Positions 1 through 13,110 of a DNA stretch of 64,000 bases are shown in pieces. The notes below the pieces were generated by a model. The model made no database searches and was not told the origin of the DNA. It saw nothing but the letters and a program-made list of their open reading frames with translations. Made by a program: the position numbers and the translations under genes. The first letter of the stretch is position 1. Each line of letters starts with the position of its first letter. Location: positions 9,713,878 through 9,777,877 of the forward strand of contig CM082581.2 in the NCBI GenBank assembly GCA_040954595.2. Direction: 5' to 3'. This stretch comes from Balanoglossus misakiensis (taxonomy: Eukaryota; Animalia; Hemichordata).

Positions 1-119
1 TTTTGTGCAATACGTGTTTCTCAGAGCGCCACAGCTTTCTTTTAAAGTCTATTCTTGACACACAAAGTTAGAGTCACGTTGCATAATGACCAGAAATAAT
101 TGTCATGGAAATTATACAC

Positions 120-3100
120 CTGGCACTGGTCTGTTCTGTACGTCTAGACATTTCGGTTGAACTGGACCGAGTAGTGAACCCAGATACAGGGTTGTAAACG
201 TGCTTGCTTGCAGCAAAAAAAAAACCTTAAACGTGGTCAGTTTGCCCGATCTAAAAAGACGGGCGTCTTGTCTACTTATATCACGATGAGAAGGTTCGAG
301 TATTGTCAAGAATATCCTGTGACCGAACATGATTTTTAATCAAATGTCAGTGAAAATGACGGCAACTCTCAGACACGCACTGTCATCACGTGAAGTGAAG
401 TGGGGGTCATCTGAGGTCACCGATGTATTGGCCTTGATATTTAAGCGAGTGTCTTGAATTTGAATCAACCGACGTTACAACTGATTTGATTGGCTCGTTA
501 TTATCATGTAACCAGAGTTTCTCAGACTAAAGATAAAGATTTTGGTGGAAGATATGATGGGTTATTATATTACATGAGATTAAATTGGATTAGACTGATT
601 TGGTCTAGTTTTGGTTTGGTTTGGATTAGATTAACATTCAGTTTGCACAATGCTGATGCGATCCCGAAGAAGCGTGCGATGCAGAAAAAAAAACCGTGTG
701 CCTATCACCGCACCTCTTTATACATCTCTAATAGGGTATTCGGGATGGTCAAGAATTCAACAAAGGTGGCATATTTCTTTAAACTGTTCACTGCAATATG
801 CGCGTGTGGCAGGGATCTTACAATACACAGGACGTTGGCATTTCCACTCATGTCAAAAAAGCCAAGCGACATACAACTAGAGAAAATCAATTTACATCTC
901 TACTCGCGTATATGACTCATCAAGCTTTAACAGACAAACTTGGTATAATGGACGAGAAGCTGATCACTTTCACGGAGAATAAAGTGGCGTATTACCTGTA
1001 TCATGAAATAATGAATACGTTTACACACAGTCACATGCCTCTGACACGCCAATGTCGGCAAAGTGAAAAAAAGTCGATTTTATTCTTTCCGAGGAGTGAC
1101 GTGGTGTGGCGTTTGTACTGTTAATTAACCGTGCCATTTTCGAGTTTTCCTTCTTTTGCGATGGAGTTTTGTAATAAATGATTACTTATTTTTCTTTGTT
1201 GATCATTCTGAGAATAAAATACGCGGAGAGCTACGCTAACGGTATATGTACGGTTGCTTCTGTCTGTCTCTGTCTGCCTGCACGTATATGTGTCCGTTTA
1301 CCCATGCCTGCCCGCTCACAGGGTTGGAGAGATTTCAACTTGCACACAAACCGTCAGAATCGAAGATAAAAATCACTGCCTTTTGGTGCACTTTACTGAT
1401 CACAGAAATACTGATAAAGTGTTCATAAATATGCAATTGGCATCCTCAGGCGACTATACAACTGCCTCATCCCTTCATGCTGAATGTGTCTCTCTCCACC
1501 GACTGACCTCTACTGCATCCGTTTCCACGAGCGCTTGCCTAATTGATCCCAAGGACGACACATGAAACCAGGAAATAGTCGGGATTCTAAGTGTAACTTC
1601 ATAAAAAGCAAATTCAAGTTAACGAGTTCCGACATGCGCGTCGGACGGTGTGTAGATAATCGAAGCAAGACGCGTCGGCGTCCTCATCATGTCCCATCAG
1701 GAATCCCTATACAGTTTTCTTGAAAAGCGCGTAACTCGGTTATCGGAGTTATAACAGCGGGTCAAAAGCGGTCATTTTTTTCTTTCTCTCTCTCAGACGA
1801 ATGCGCGTGTGTGGAAGATGAGAGAGAAGAATTTATATGGATTTTGTCTTTTCATTATCTAACTTATCGTTCAGATTGAAATTTCTTTTCGTAAGGCCCT
1901 TCAGAACAAAACGATGACAGACACCGACGGATTGGCTGGCACCTCCTGTAGAGGTGGCGGTCTGTCACAGTATGGGAAGCGGAAGATCCCAATTGGTCAA
2001 CCGGAAACAGCGCAATTATTCTCCTTTCTCCTCTAAAAAACGAAGGGTGGGCTGCTAAGGGGGAAACTCACACAAAACGTTCCTACGCAAGACATTTTGT
2101 TGCTATGTCTTGGCGATCTTATTATTTTCGTTGTTTGGAGTTCAATTTGAGACCGGACATCGTCGACACGTTCAAAATTTACAAAAAAAATCGCGCGGCC
2201 TCATTATGGCTGTTTCCGGCATAATTCTGGGGCTCAGGACTAGCCTGTTTTATCAGCCGGGGTTTGGACAAACTCTTTGGGGGGGGGGGGAATAGATGAA
2301 TCATAACGGCAATTTTGTTTTCGAGAGTGGACATCATACCGTGGACCATATACCACATCACATCTTGTTATATTTTGGGGAAAAGGGGGAAAGTCGTGCA
2401 GACAAAATGTACCTGTTGATTGCGGGATTTTACATACTAGATAACAGTTCATAGCAGAGGCGTAAAAGTAAAACTAAAAGCACAATCCATCACTTTTACT
2501 GCAGACTTGAAATTCGGATCACGTACATGTATGATGCAACTCTGATAAATTTCACCGTGTCGTCATTCTTGACGGACGTTCGATGTTGAGTGACAATTCG
2601 GTAAGACCTCGCCAAATTATTACACGTATTACACCTGGCGGATCTTGTCTGCTTCCTGCTATAGCCGGGCCCGCCGCCGTGTGGGTCCCTGGGGGTCGTC
2701 AAGTCGGTCAATGACCCGTCCATGCTGCCGCCGTGTGTCCGTGAAGTGAAGGTGGTTACACTCTGAATTATGTAATACAGGAGTGGAAAGTCCACAGTAT
2801 TCTAGTTCAAAGCGCAGGACATAACCAAACAAGGTAAAATTGGCAGTCTCAGCGAATGGCGTGCGCGCGCCGCGGACTATCAAAAGCGTTTAAAACGGGG
2901 TGGTCTTGAATCGAGGTTCAGTTTATAGAGGCCGGCCATTATTATCGACGTTTATTTTATGTCGGCCCGGGGATACAAGTCGCTCCCAGGTGGACTGTTA
3001 CAAAGCCATCTACGCAAAGCGCGGTATCTTTTGTGTCCATTACAACAAGGTAAAAGCTATATACACCTCCAGACGGGAAATTCACAGATCTCAAAATCCA

Positions 3101-4339
3101 TTTAACGGAAAGAGATTTATTTCAAAGGAGTCACATCATTCGCCCGCTTTTTTATTAGATAATAAATCAGGAAGACTCACTCAAATGACGTTCAACTTGA
3201 ATTGTTCGTTTCGCAAACTTCCGGCATTTTAAAGTTAAGTTCGTGTTGAAACCGATTAAAGCATAAATTAAATCTAAACTATCAAGGCAACTACACTATC
3301 CCCTGAAAGATGAGTGGATGGACATTATATTTCAAGATTTCTGATTCAGTTCGGAAGAACTCATGTTTCACCCTAAGGTGAACAACTCGGCACGTGATCA
3401 TTTTAGTGTAAATAATAAGAACACAAAATGTGTTTGTTGATTGTAAACATGCCCCGTCTCTGCGGCAGTTTCTCTGACCGAATAACAAAATCAGCGGTTA
3501 TTGGCCACACACACAAAATGTGCACTTGTTTATCTCCATTTAGCGCAAAATCTGATCCTCGCTAATTGAGATGAAAGTGGCCAGATAGAAACAGCCTCTT
3601 TCGCCGTATTTACCCCTATTTTTTCGCACACAATACTCTCAGTGGAACTTCGTGTTAAACCTAGCAGAACCGCACAATATTTCAACTGTAATTACACGCT
3701 TGTTCGCGCATTGTCTGCACGGAAGAGGAGAGCTTTTGTCGATCTCAACAAAAGCCTCGCCACACAACCGTCTTGTAAAGGGGCAGCGGCCTACAACAAG
3801 GAGAGTGTGGCGTCCTGTAAAAGAGCTCGGTTTTAGAGTCTTCGGCGGTACGGGACGGGCACGCGACAAAAGCGGTCATTAGGAAAACCAGAAACAATCC
3901 GCGGCGACAATTTCAAATATGCTAGTGCCGCAACAAAAGAGACCTTCTCCGGGACGGAAAGGGAGCCACAGCGATGCGGTTGGGTTTTTTTATTTTCTCT
4001 TTGAAGTTTTGCAAAACTCCACCTCTGCGAAGAATTCTTCCAGTCTTTCTACGACCCCTTGTTACGCTAAAAATGCCAGGAATCTTTCACCTGGTAGCAC
4101 GCGGGGGTCAGAGGTCACACACCTGAAAACCTTCGGAAGTCTTCAACAAGAGGGGATACAGGTATACTGTACTCGGACGGTGGTTTCTTGAATGGCCTGT
4201 TGATGTGAATGCGCTCTGGAAGACGTCAGTATACTCAGTAACTTTTGTCGGGGTCTCCTTTGTGGAAACCTCTGGCTGCACGGGTACAATGAGGCAGACG
4301 ATATGTGGGGTCCTGTCTGACACACGCGGTGATATGTAT
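120..4339 (-). CDS. Candidate spliced gene of unknown function, running off the left edge (putative exons ~4339-4123, 2762-2635, 206-120)
   Basis: Three segments end in CAG|GTGT donors, and the lower two have clear AG acceptors. They splice in one open frame (phases 0,2,2): ...LKTSEGFQ/SVTTFTSRTHGGSMDGSLTDLTTPRDPHGGGPGYSRKQTRSAS/KHVYNPVSGFTTRSSSTEMSRRTEQTSA... A minus-strand TATAAAAA lies at 4485-4478. No recognisable homology, and the first segment may be 5'UTR. Confidence 0.35.
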
Positions 4340-7300
4340 CTATACCTTCAGTCACCCACCTCCATAGGTACTTTTTTTTACTGCCATCATTGACGTGTGC
4401 GACGGGCTCTCGGCGGTAATAAAAAGCACCTTGAAGTAAAACTGATTGTCAATATTGACAAGACATCCCATCAACTATTTTTATAACGACAAGTACAAAT
4501 GTCGTCAAGCTGTGGAGGCGCAGTCTACGGGCGGTAACGGGTTAATAAAATAAAAAAAGACATTTTGAAAAGCGTTGCCGATTACAGTTATATTATGCTT
4601 TTGAGAAAGTTCAATGCGCGGCGTGACAGCGGCACAAGCCGGCGACTTGTGACTGGTTTTGTTGTTCGAGCCCCGTGGGCAACAAGTGCAAAACAATAAA
4701 CCTTAGAAAGTCAAGAAAACCCGCCCTTTCTTTGTCATCAATGGCAATGAAGCCACGGAGAATCACGACAGAGAATGGCGCGGTTCGTTTGTGGGGGCCC
4801 AGCACTAAATGGTATAAATAGAACAGAAGATGAACGGCGCCGTCTTGTCAAGCTGGACTCAGCAGGCCAATTGATAGAAAGTCATTCACGTCAAACCAAT
4901 CAGTGTAAATGTATTTAAAGTGGGGGTTGCGATTGTATGACGTCACTAGTGATGACCATGAGCGAGTTGGGAAGAGAAGGGCATTTTTTATGTTCACACG
5001 TCACACCACACGTCACACCATCAACGTGAAGAAATCGCGGGCGTTGCACCAACGAATGACTCAAGGCACTTGAACTTCAGGACAATTAAAATGTCCCCCC
5101 CCCCCTTTCATCACGTGTTAGTGCTGCACGTCTCGGGGCTTGCGCATTTGATTATTCCTGTGACAGTGAATTTGCTAATTGGTACATCAAACATCATTAC
5201 AAGCAGCTAATATGACCAATGCCGTACAGCTATATCGGACCAACTAAATGCTCAGTATATAGGGAAAATAAACACGTGGATGTGGTATACTATACTACAT
5301 GTACACACCACACCACCTCAGACAAGACACGATTTCATCGCATCGTACAACGCAACGCAACAGAACACGTCAATATGATAGGCGCTCGAAGTACAAAGTA
5401 CAAAGTCACGATGCCCCCCCCCCCCTCTGAATCCACACAACATTTGCAATCTTCGGAGTCAACTTCAGTAACAATCGACATCATCAATTATTTCAAGTGG
5501 CAAAGACAGGGGATGTATTTGGCGTTCAGGAAAAGGCCGGATAATTTGTCTGTGCGCATCATCACGACGGTTGCGTCGGAGGCAGGAAACCATGTGGAAT
5601 TTGTTTGAACAGTTTAGTGGCATTTGTTGTACCTCATAAGGGGCTAATAACTGGCTTTTATCAAAATACTAACATGGGAAAGCGAGCAAATTTATGTGTA
5701 TAAACCGGCGATTACTTCCGACCAGACTCGCCGCAGCAAACTCTCCGGCACGCCTAGGCTTCCACTGGGCGCGGGAGCGTCTTTCAAAACGCTGCTGATT
5801 GCTGTTAAAATCAAATATCTGGAAACGGAAAAGCACCTGGTATTCGGCGACGACAAACAATCGCCTCGTCAAGAAAGACGCGGAAATCACGATGTCTTGC
5901 ATTTGAGAAAATCGTGTTTGTTCATTCCTCGTAAAATTCACGTTGTACAACAGTTTGGGCTGCGAGACCAAACACTAGTATCGGAGCTGGCCTCTGATTG
6001 CCGTGTTAATTCTTGTTTCTAACAACATTTCACCACTATATCTTGTAACTTGAAGAGAAATTTACTCAAAATGTTACCCCGATTCTGATAGTAACCGCTG
6101 AATTTCGGTACATTTATAGGAAATCATACAAACCGTCAATTGTGCAAACAAAATGTTCCACACATATGAAAATGTGTTGGAAATAAAGCGACAGACTGAG
6201 ATACTTCGGCTTTCTCGACCAGAGAAACAACAACAAAAACACACAAAAAACCATGATATAAGATATCTTAATAACTCACTCCATTATCGCCTGGCCAAAG
6301 TTGCACGAAAGAAATAAAGGAAGGAAGGAATGAGGGAAAGAAAAAAACATATCGGTTATAATTAGGCACTACTTTTACCGTTTCCCCATGAACGCCCTCT
6401 TTCGGCGGTTTTAGTCCTGGTGTACACCGACAGCCAGACACGACATTAATGTCAATGGGCGGAGTCGTTTTGCCTCTTTAAAAAATTGGTGAGACATGAA
6501 AAAACAAAACGCCAAGAAGTTGTGGCGAAAATTTGAGACCGGGGGATTCTGCTGTAGGGAATGACAGACATCTTCACTCTGTCTAATCATACACACTCCT
6601 TGAATTGAGTATCCTTTGTATCGACACGATGTGCAAATACTGACCGAGTATCGACACATTTCACGAGTACAGCCTATTCGTACAATACATTACGGAAGCT
6701 AGAGGGCGCGCTTACATGTGCATTCGGTAAGAAGGATGTTGCCTCGAGTCGCTCACTTCTCACCCGACACGGATTTATATGCTATACAGGTAGAGAAATC
6801 TCTCGCCTACCCGCTTCTAACGAATATGTTTTTGCTACTAGGCTGAATTGAACATCTGCATACTGTATTCAGATATACAACTCTGAGTCTGGGAGATGGA
6901 ACAGGCAAGCTAGCCAGATAGACAGGCGACGTCAGAAGATAGTGCAAACAATGATGGCGATAGACGCGTGTGGCAATCTTATTCGTCTTGACAGTTCATG
7001 GGGACCCGTTGATAATAGGCATGCCTATGCTGGAGACAGGCTGATAGATATGAATAAAGTTAATACGAGCTCAGTTGGCTTTCTAACTATGTTATAATTG
7101 ATATGGTCACAAGTTGAAACATCTGGTTATCAAAAACGCCCTCTAGCGTCAAAATCTCTGCAATAATATCCATTTCATATCTCCATGGTTACGGCAAAAT
7201 TAAACACTATCTGAACACCTGTTGATCAAATATTTCCGAGAAACGCCTTAGAGAGAATGATATGCATGAAGAACAAGACGGCTGGGGATAGGTTAAATGG

Positions 7301-9446
7301 TTTAGGCCTAAACTGTGGCGGCCAGGGGCTGGTCTCGAGGGGTAAATGCGTACGGAGGTCATTGAATTATAGGGCACGTTGGTCTATCATCGCCTTATTT
7401 ATGCCCGAAACACTTGTTTTCAGCGTTTTTGGCAGATTTATTAGTTATTTCACCGCTTATGGAGTCTACTCCACACACATGGTAGAATCATTACCTAGTA
7501 GACGCCTCGAGTAAGGCAACTCGCGCTTTGGCCCGTGCGCGCCCGTGATCATTGACGCAAAGTTTGACAGCGATGGTCGGCATATGAAACAGGCTGATTA
7601 CGAGTCATTCAAGGGAGATACAATGACCCCCCTGGGAAATGGTGAAGGGTCAAAAGAAGTACAACAGCTATCGACATGTGTCACTTATCTCGCGTTCGAA
7701 TTTTCTGGACGTGCGCGGCGGCACAGAAAACTGCGATAGATGTGACACAGGCACACGAATATGGCAGACACTGAACATTTTAAATTAGTACGCTTCTCTC
7801 TCCTCTCACATTTTGAAGAACGAGAGATGGTTATAAAAAAAATAAAGCTGAAATTCAGAAAGGCCAAACTTTTCTTATTTTTTTATCAATATAAAGAAAG
7901 TTGTCCATAATTATGAATCTTTCTAAGTGTATTCTTTGCTATCTTTGCGAGGATGTATTTTTGATGCGCGGTAAGTTTGGATACAATAACAATGTTTTTT
8001 TTACACATATACGGGCTATGTCGACAAGTGGAATACTGGGTATATTAGCATGCTGTTTGAAGTAGAGGAAGACATTTCATTTGATACACGGAATAAAATT
8101 ACTGGAAATGGAGCCGAACGTTACAGCGAAATGTTTTCTTCAAGATAAAGATGCCCAATTAAAATACATCTGAATGAAAATTCAATCAGTACAGAGTTCA
8201 TATGTGCTAAAAGGCTTTATAATCTCAACTATGCTGATAAAACAGTATGGTCTTTAATTTGCGATGAATTGGCAGAAATTCCCCAGAAATTCCGACGGAA
8301 CCGTGCTAAAGGTCCTCTTGAAACTTTGGAGAATGTATGACTTTGTTTTCAACGACGACGAACTGATGGACCCTAGAAGGGGGCGGTAGTTCGAATACGA
8401 TTCCGCACTTGTAAATAATTGATGTTTTACTGTTAGCTCGATGTTGGCTCAAATGTTTCCAGGCGATGTCACCAAGAAATCTTAAACGGAACTTGTTACA
8501 TGCGAAGGAATTATGAGGACAGCGTTGTTTATTCGCGCAAACATCTTCAACTGTGAGCGTCATCAATTTTTCACACTCAGATAAGCACAGACACGTGACA
8601 GAATTGTATTTTGTCACCCTGGTATGCACTTCCAACAGTAGAAATGGGTCCCTACAACAAACTATTATCTAAATATAATGTTTACGATAAACAAGTCTTT
8701 TCTGTAAATTTTGCCGATCTCAGCTCTCGGACAATCCCTCCCTTATTCTAGAGACGTTAAGCTCGACACGGTCTTTCAACAAATTTGACTATATTTCGGA
8801 TATTTATTTACCTATGAAGGGGGGGGGGTGTTTATGTTTTTGCTCAAACGACGTTATCGGAAATCATCACTTTGAAACTAAAAATCCACGTGACGAAATA
8901 ACGTCACAGTCTCATCCACCAACAGGAAGAAGATGATGTCCACTTTCCTTAAGTGCTCGCACTGAGGCATCATCGCCATAAACATACAATATCTCGTTTA
9001 GATCCACGCCGGGGGTATAGGCACTGGCGGCCACCAGTGCTGGACAATGATGTACAGAAAGTTGGGCGATATCGCTTTACTCGTGTCGACAATATACCAT
9101 GCAGTACCCACCCTGCCGTTGACAAACAAGCAGCAAGAGGTTATCACGATCGAGATAACTGTTTGCGAAGTTCAGATCTCTCCTACAGATGGAGAGAGGC
9201 AAGTGTATGTACGACGTCAATAACTGCCCGATTTCATTGTTCGTTATCACCGCGAATACTATATATCTTGACAGCTTCTGTGCGTGTGGCATTAGGTTCT
9301 GACTGCTGGTGTTAGAAGTCTCGTTATCGACTTGCTTGCATTAGTTGACCCGGAAAGTGTGACCCCGAACACTTTCAGTTTCTTTCAAAACAAACTTTTT
9401 TGTAAACAAACAAATAATCCGAACGTAGATAAAATCGAAGAACCTT

Positions 9447-9493
9447 ATTGGCATTGGTTGAAAATTCACGTTGACGTCAACGTGGACTTCCGG
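9447..9493. promoter_or_regulatory. Candidate enhancer upstream of FGF gene 1 (CCAAT x2, palindromic CRE, ETS site)
   Basis: ATTGG twice, a perfect 18-bp palindrome CACGTTGACGTCAACGTG (9467-9484) centred on TGACGTCA, then ACTTCCGG (9486-9493). Confidence 0.4.
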
Positions 9494-10326
9494 TTTCGCG
9501 GCCGCAGTACAATCGCTCGCTGTGTGGATGATGAGCCGAAACTTTACCAACACCGTCAGATTCGGTATCTCCTCAAGTTTCGCAATGAGGCATCAAGGAC
9601 AATCAATCACCGACTAAAACAGTTTTACATGGACGGAACAGTCGGTTCATTGTAAAAGCAACGTCATGCCTCTGACGAATCGACGTGTTTGCCGATTCTC
9701 CGTTTTGGTAAAACGGTACCAATAGTATGAATATTACATCACAACTACTTCCATCATGTACTAAAGTGGAGTCTATGAACTCTATAAAACGAGGTCACTT
9801 AATAACAATAACCTGATTGAAAGAAAACGAATTGGTAAAAGTTTGCCTTGATATGCAATAGTAAAGTGTGATAGTTTACAGGTGTTGGCAGTGAGTCTAT
9901 GAAATAATTGAAAAAGTTATCTGATCGAAATCGCGCACAAGTATGTCTTAGAAGAATCGGCTTTCCATTTGAAAACATTAAGCGCAAAGAATGTCAAGCT
10001 ACTGTAATTTTTCATCCTTGAATATCCCGCCCGTCGAATTCGACAAGATGTTTATTTGAAAGTGGTTGTACTAGTAATGTTTGGTCTCAAGTGTATCGAT
10101 CCTTCAAACAGGGTTCTTGTTGTCTTTCAAGAACATGATACTGTTTACTATAACGGTAAAAGGGTATGCAAATGAGGTGGGAATACACTGCACGTGGTAT
10201 AAGGCATGGCATTGGCTCGGACGAGAAGTACAATCACTGTGTACTCCGCAAAACACATTTGCATATGTAAAACATGCAATATGTATCTTTGGTGAAGTAA
10301 CCATGTAGATTACGTTCAAGACTTGG

Positions 10327-10368
10327 CCAATGGGGTGTCCTCACTCCAGTTTTCGAGGGCTATATAAA
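10327..10368 (+). promoter_or_regulatory. Core promoter of FGF gene 1 (CCAAT + TATA)
   Basis: CCAAT at 10327-10331 and TATATAAA at 10361-10368, about 130 nt before the ATG at 10498. Confidence 0.6.
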
Positions 10369-10497
10369 TACATCGGGACCGAAAAAGTTTCCAGAAACTC
10401 TCAGCTGGAGCACACCCGCGCACGACAGACAGCAGACCACAAGGACCAGTTCAAGAAAACCATCGGGCGAAATCAGTTCTCTGCCTCGGAAACAGCT

Positions 10498-13110
10498 ATG
10501 AATTTTCAGAGTTTTGCGGTGTCCTTCATCCTCTCGACCTATCTGTGTCGTCTCAGCTCCGCCTTTGTTCACCCGGAAGGGGCGCCCTACGCCACCACGG
10601 CGTCGCCGAGCAACCAGTCAGCAGAGGACGCGGAGGAGGATGGGGATGCGGACAGTGAAGGGGATTATTACTGGATCCAATGCCTCAGTCTCAGAGGTTA
10701 CAATCTCCAAATTCTACCAAACGGCAAAATTCAAGGAGTTACCGGCAAGGATGAATTTGGTAAGTAAAGCTTCTTATGCAGCTGTAGAAATACAGCGATA
10801 TTTCCCCTGGTCGATTTAAGCGTTGTATTCACGCTCATGACTTAAGACATCATTGTAACAGTTGCACGAGAGAGGCTGAATTTGTTCGACTGGACACCTT
10901 TCCATGCACACCATTTTATACTGATTAATCATAATCTGGAAAAGGTCGCGGAAAAGGTCACGCTATGTGAAATTGAACTTCATTACACTTTATAAGATGG
11001 GCAACTTTTCTGTCTTTCGCGATGTATGTAAAAGTTTTTTCTTTTTCAATTGCAACTGGAGACATATGTTATCACTCCATCCCACAGTGCTCTAGACAAG
11101 AACATTGCAGTACATTTCCTTCAAACCCAACAGATCAAAATATCATTTTCTGAGAAAATGTCTATAAAAGTTTAGAAATCGTCGCAAGACTTTCCGAGAT
11201 ACAGATGTGTTTTACAGTCACCATTATTCAAAGCAAACAAACAACACAAGTGTCTCCTGTTTGTTAAATTTTGAATCCAAAATGACGACCTTTTTTGAGG
11301 GCCCATCACCGTTTACTTTGTGTTTCTGATTGCTGGCAGATTAAACAACAGCTTCGAGGTATAAAGCAATTTGAACAGCTCTTCATTGAAACTCACCCCC
11401 TTTGTAACAATAGCTGCATCCTGATCTGTTGTATCACATCCATCTTCCTCCTTGTTTGTCTCACCGGTAAAACCACAAAGAAACAATAGCCAATTTGAGT
11501 TCACTTTTGTTCGCCAAACTCCAATGTAAATCTGCCAGTCAGCTCAAAGTAAATAGGGTAACGCACACAATAATACGCCGCAACAACAAGATCGCGGGCA
11601 AGAAAGGGCTATACATGTAATTGATTACTCTTGAACAAAGCTAAGCACAATGTTGTATTCGTATTGCGGAGGCGAAGATTTCAATGAAAACCTCGCAAAT
11701 GGTCACCTTCAACAGATCCTATAGATAGATTATCTCCCAAATTAGCACGCTCTATTGTGTGGAGAACCCGTCCATTCACGGACCTCCCGCACAATACAAA
11801 GATGCACAGAACACGCTAATTTTTCACAATACAATCTCCACCGCCGGCGATACTGATTTAGCCGGACCCCCCAAACTAGTTGCATTGGACTGCAATTTTC
11901 CATCGAATACGTGTTGTATTGTGGAAAACTGAACATTACAGGTCTCCTGTTGTGGTGACTCTGTACACGAGGTCAGTGTGTCACTGCCAGCGTGGTTCAC
12001 CCACTTTCTATCTCATCAGTTCCCTTTAAAAAAACTCCCCTTTGAATAAATTATGCAGATGAGCCTAGCTGTGTATTGCACTCTCACGTCATAGCCTTTG
12101 CACAGACAAGAAAGGTCATTGCCTTCTTGATTTCGGAACACCACGAACGTCATCATGAACGTCATACCTCTCTCTTGTCCAATGCTCTGTGTCTTGTTTC
12201 AACACTGCTTTCTTAAAACTTTCTCTGTTGCCGATTGACTTGTTTACCGTCACTTTATTTTCACGGGAAGCCGTGTCACTCTGTAGAGACAAGAACTCGC
12301 CCAGGTGTAAAGGGAGAGTTCGTGAATGAATGAGCAAAATGAAGTGGTCAGCTGGTTTCGATGCAAACAATCGGGAATTGTCTTCCATTGTTTTGAAGTA
12401 ATCGAATGTAACTGCTCAAAATAGCAGTGTTTTCACACGGTCAGTAGAGTGACCGTGGTTTTCAGTGTGCCCAGATTGAAGAACCATTAGAAAGAACCAT
12501 TAGAAAAAAATTAACTGGCGAAATTTGCCGACGCCATCCCTAATCAAAGTGCTTACTCCTACTGTTTGGCAAAACTTAACACACTCTTTCTTCTCAATTT
12601 TCCTTCAGCTGTGATTCGAAAGAAAACTGCAGGCGTCGGCCTTATCAGATTACAAGGAGTCGAAAGTAGGCGTTACCTCTCAATGGATGGAGACGGTGAT
12701 GTGTATGGCCAGGTAAGTCAAAGCTTTCATTGCAGCCAATTTTACGAAACGTAGCTCACAGTGTATTAGTACCTATTCGCGGATTTATGTCGTAACAGTT
12801 CCACGTATACGGGGTGACCGTGACATAATCGAAGCACACTGGTGATGACGTGTTTTAATTACGTTTTGCTGTTTTGTTTTTCCAGCTCGAGCTTAACGAT
12901 TCATCGAAGTTTAGAGAAGTCCTCCAAGACGGGCATTTGTCCTATTCGTCGCTTTTTAATGACACTTGGCTAATAGGCGTCACTAAAACTGGACACGTGC
13001 GAAGAAAATACAATGTCAGTCAGCGGATGACACACTTCATCGCCTCTCCCCTCGACCTAGAAGATCGGCGGAAGTATGTTGTCCGAGAGGGGGAAACGAG
13101 CGCCCTCTAA
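10498..13110 (+). CDS. Fibroblast growth factor family ligand 1 (secreted, divergent); exons 10498-10759, 12609-12712, 12886-13110; 196 aa
   Basis: Signal peptide MNFQSFAVSFILSTYLCRLSSA. FGF core motifs GYNLQILPNGKIQG, GVGLIRLQGVESRRYLSMDGDGDVYG, KFRE, WLIGVTKTG and THF. Canonical FGF three-exon layout with a 104-nt middle exon (phase 1 / phase 0) and GT-AG introns. Confidence 0.9.

Noticed and set aside
490-9987. Many 60-140 aa ORFs left of FGF gene 1
   Set aside because: No recognisable domains, many non-ATG starts and overlapping frames, as expected for random ORFs in non-coding DNA.
12480-12503. Short tandem duplications (AGAACCATTAGA here; also ~38495-38532 and ~40588-40661)
   Set aside because: Two-copy slippage duplications, not arrays. 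No CRISPR-like repeat-spacer structure exists anywhere in the window.
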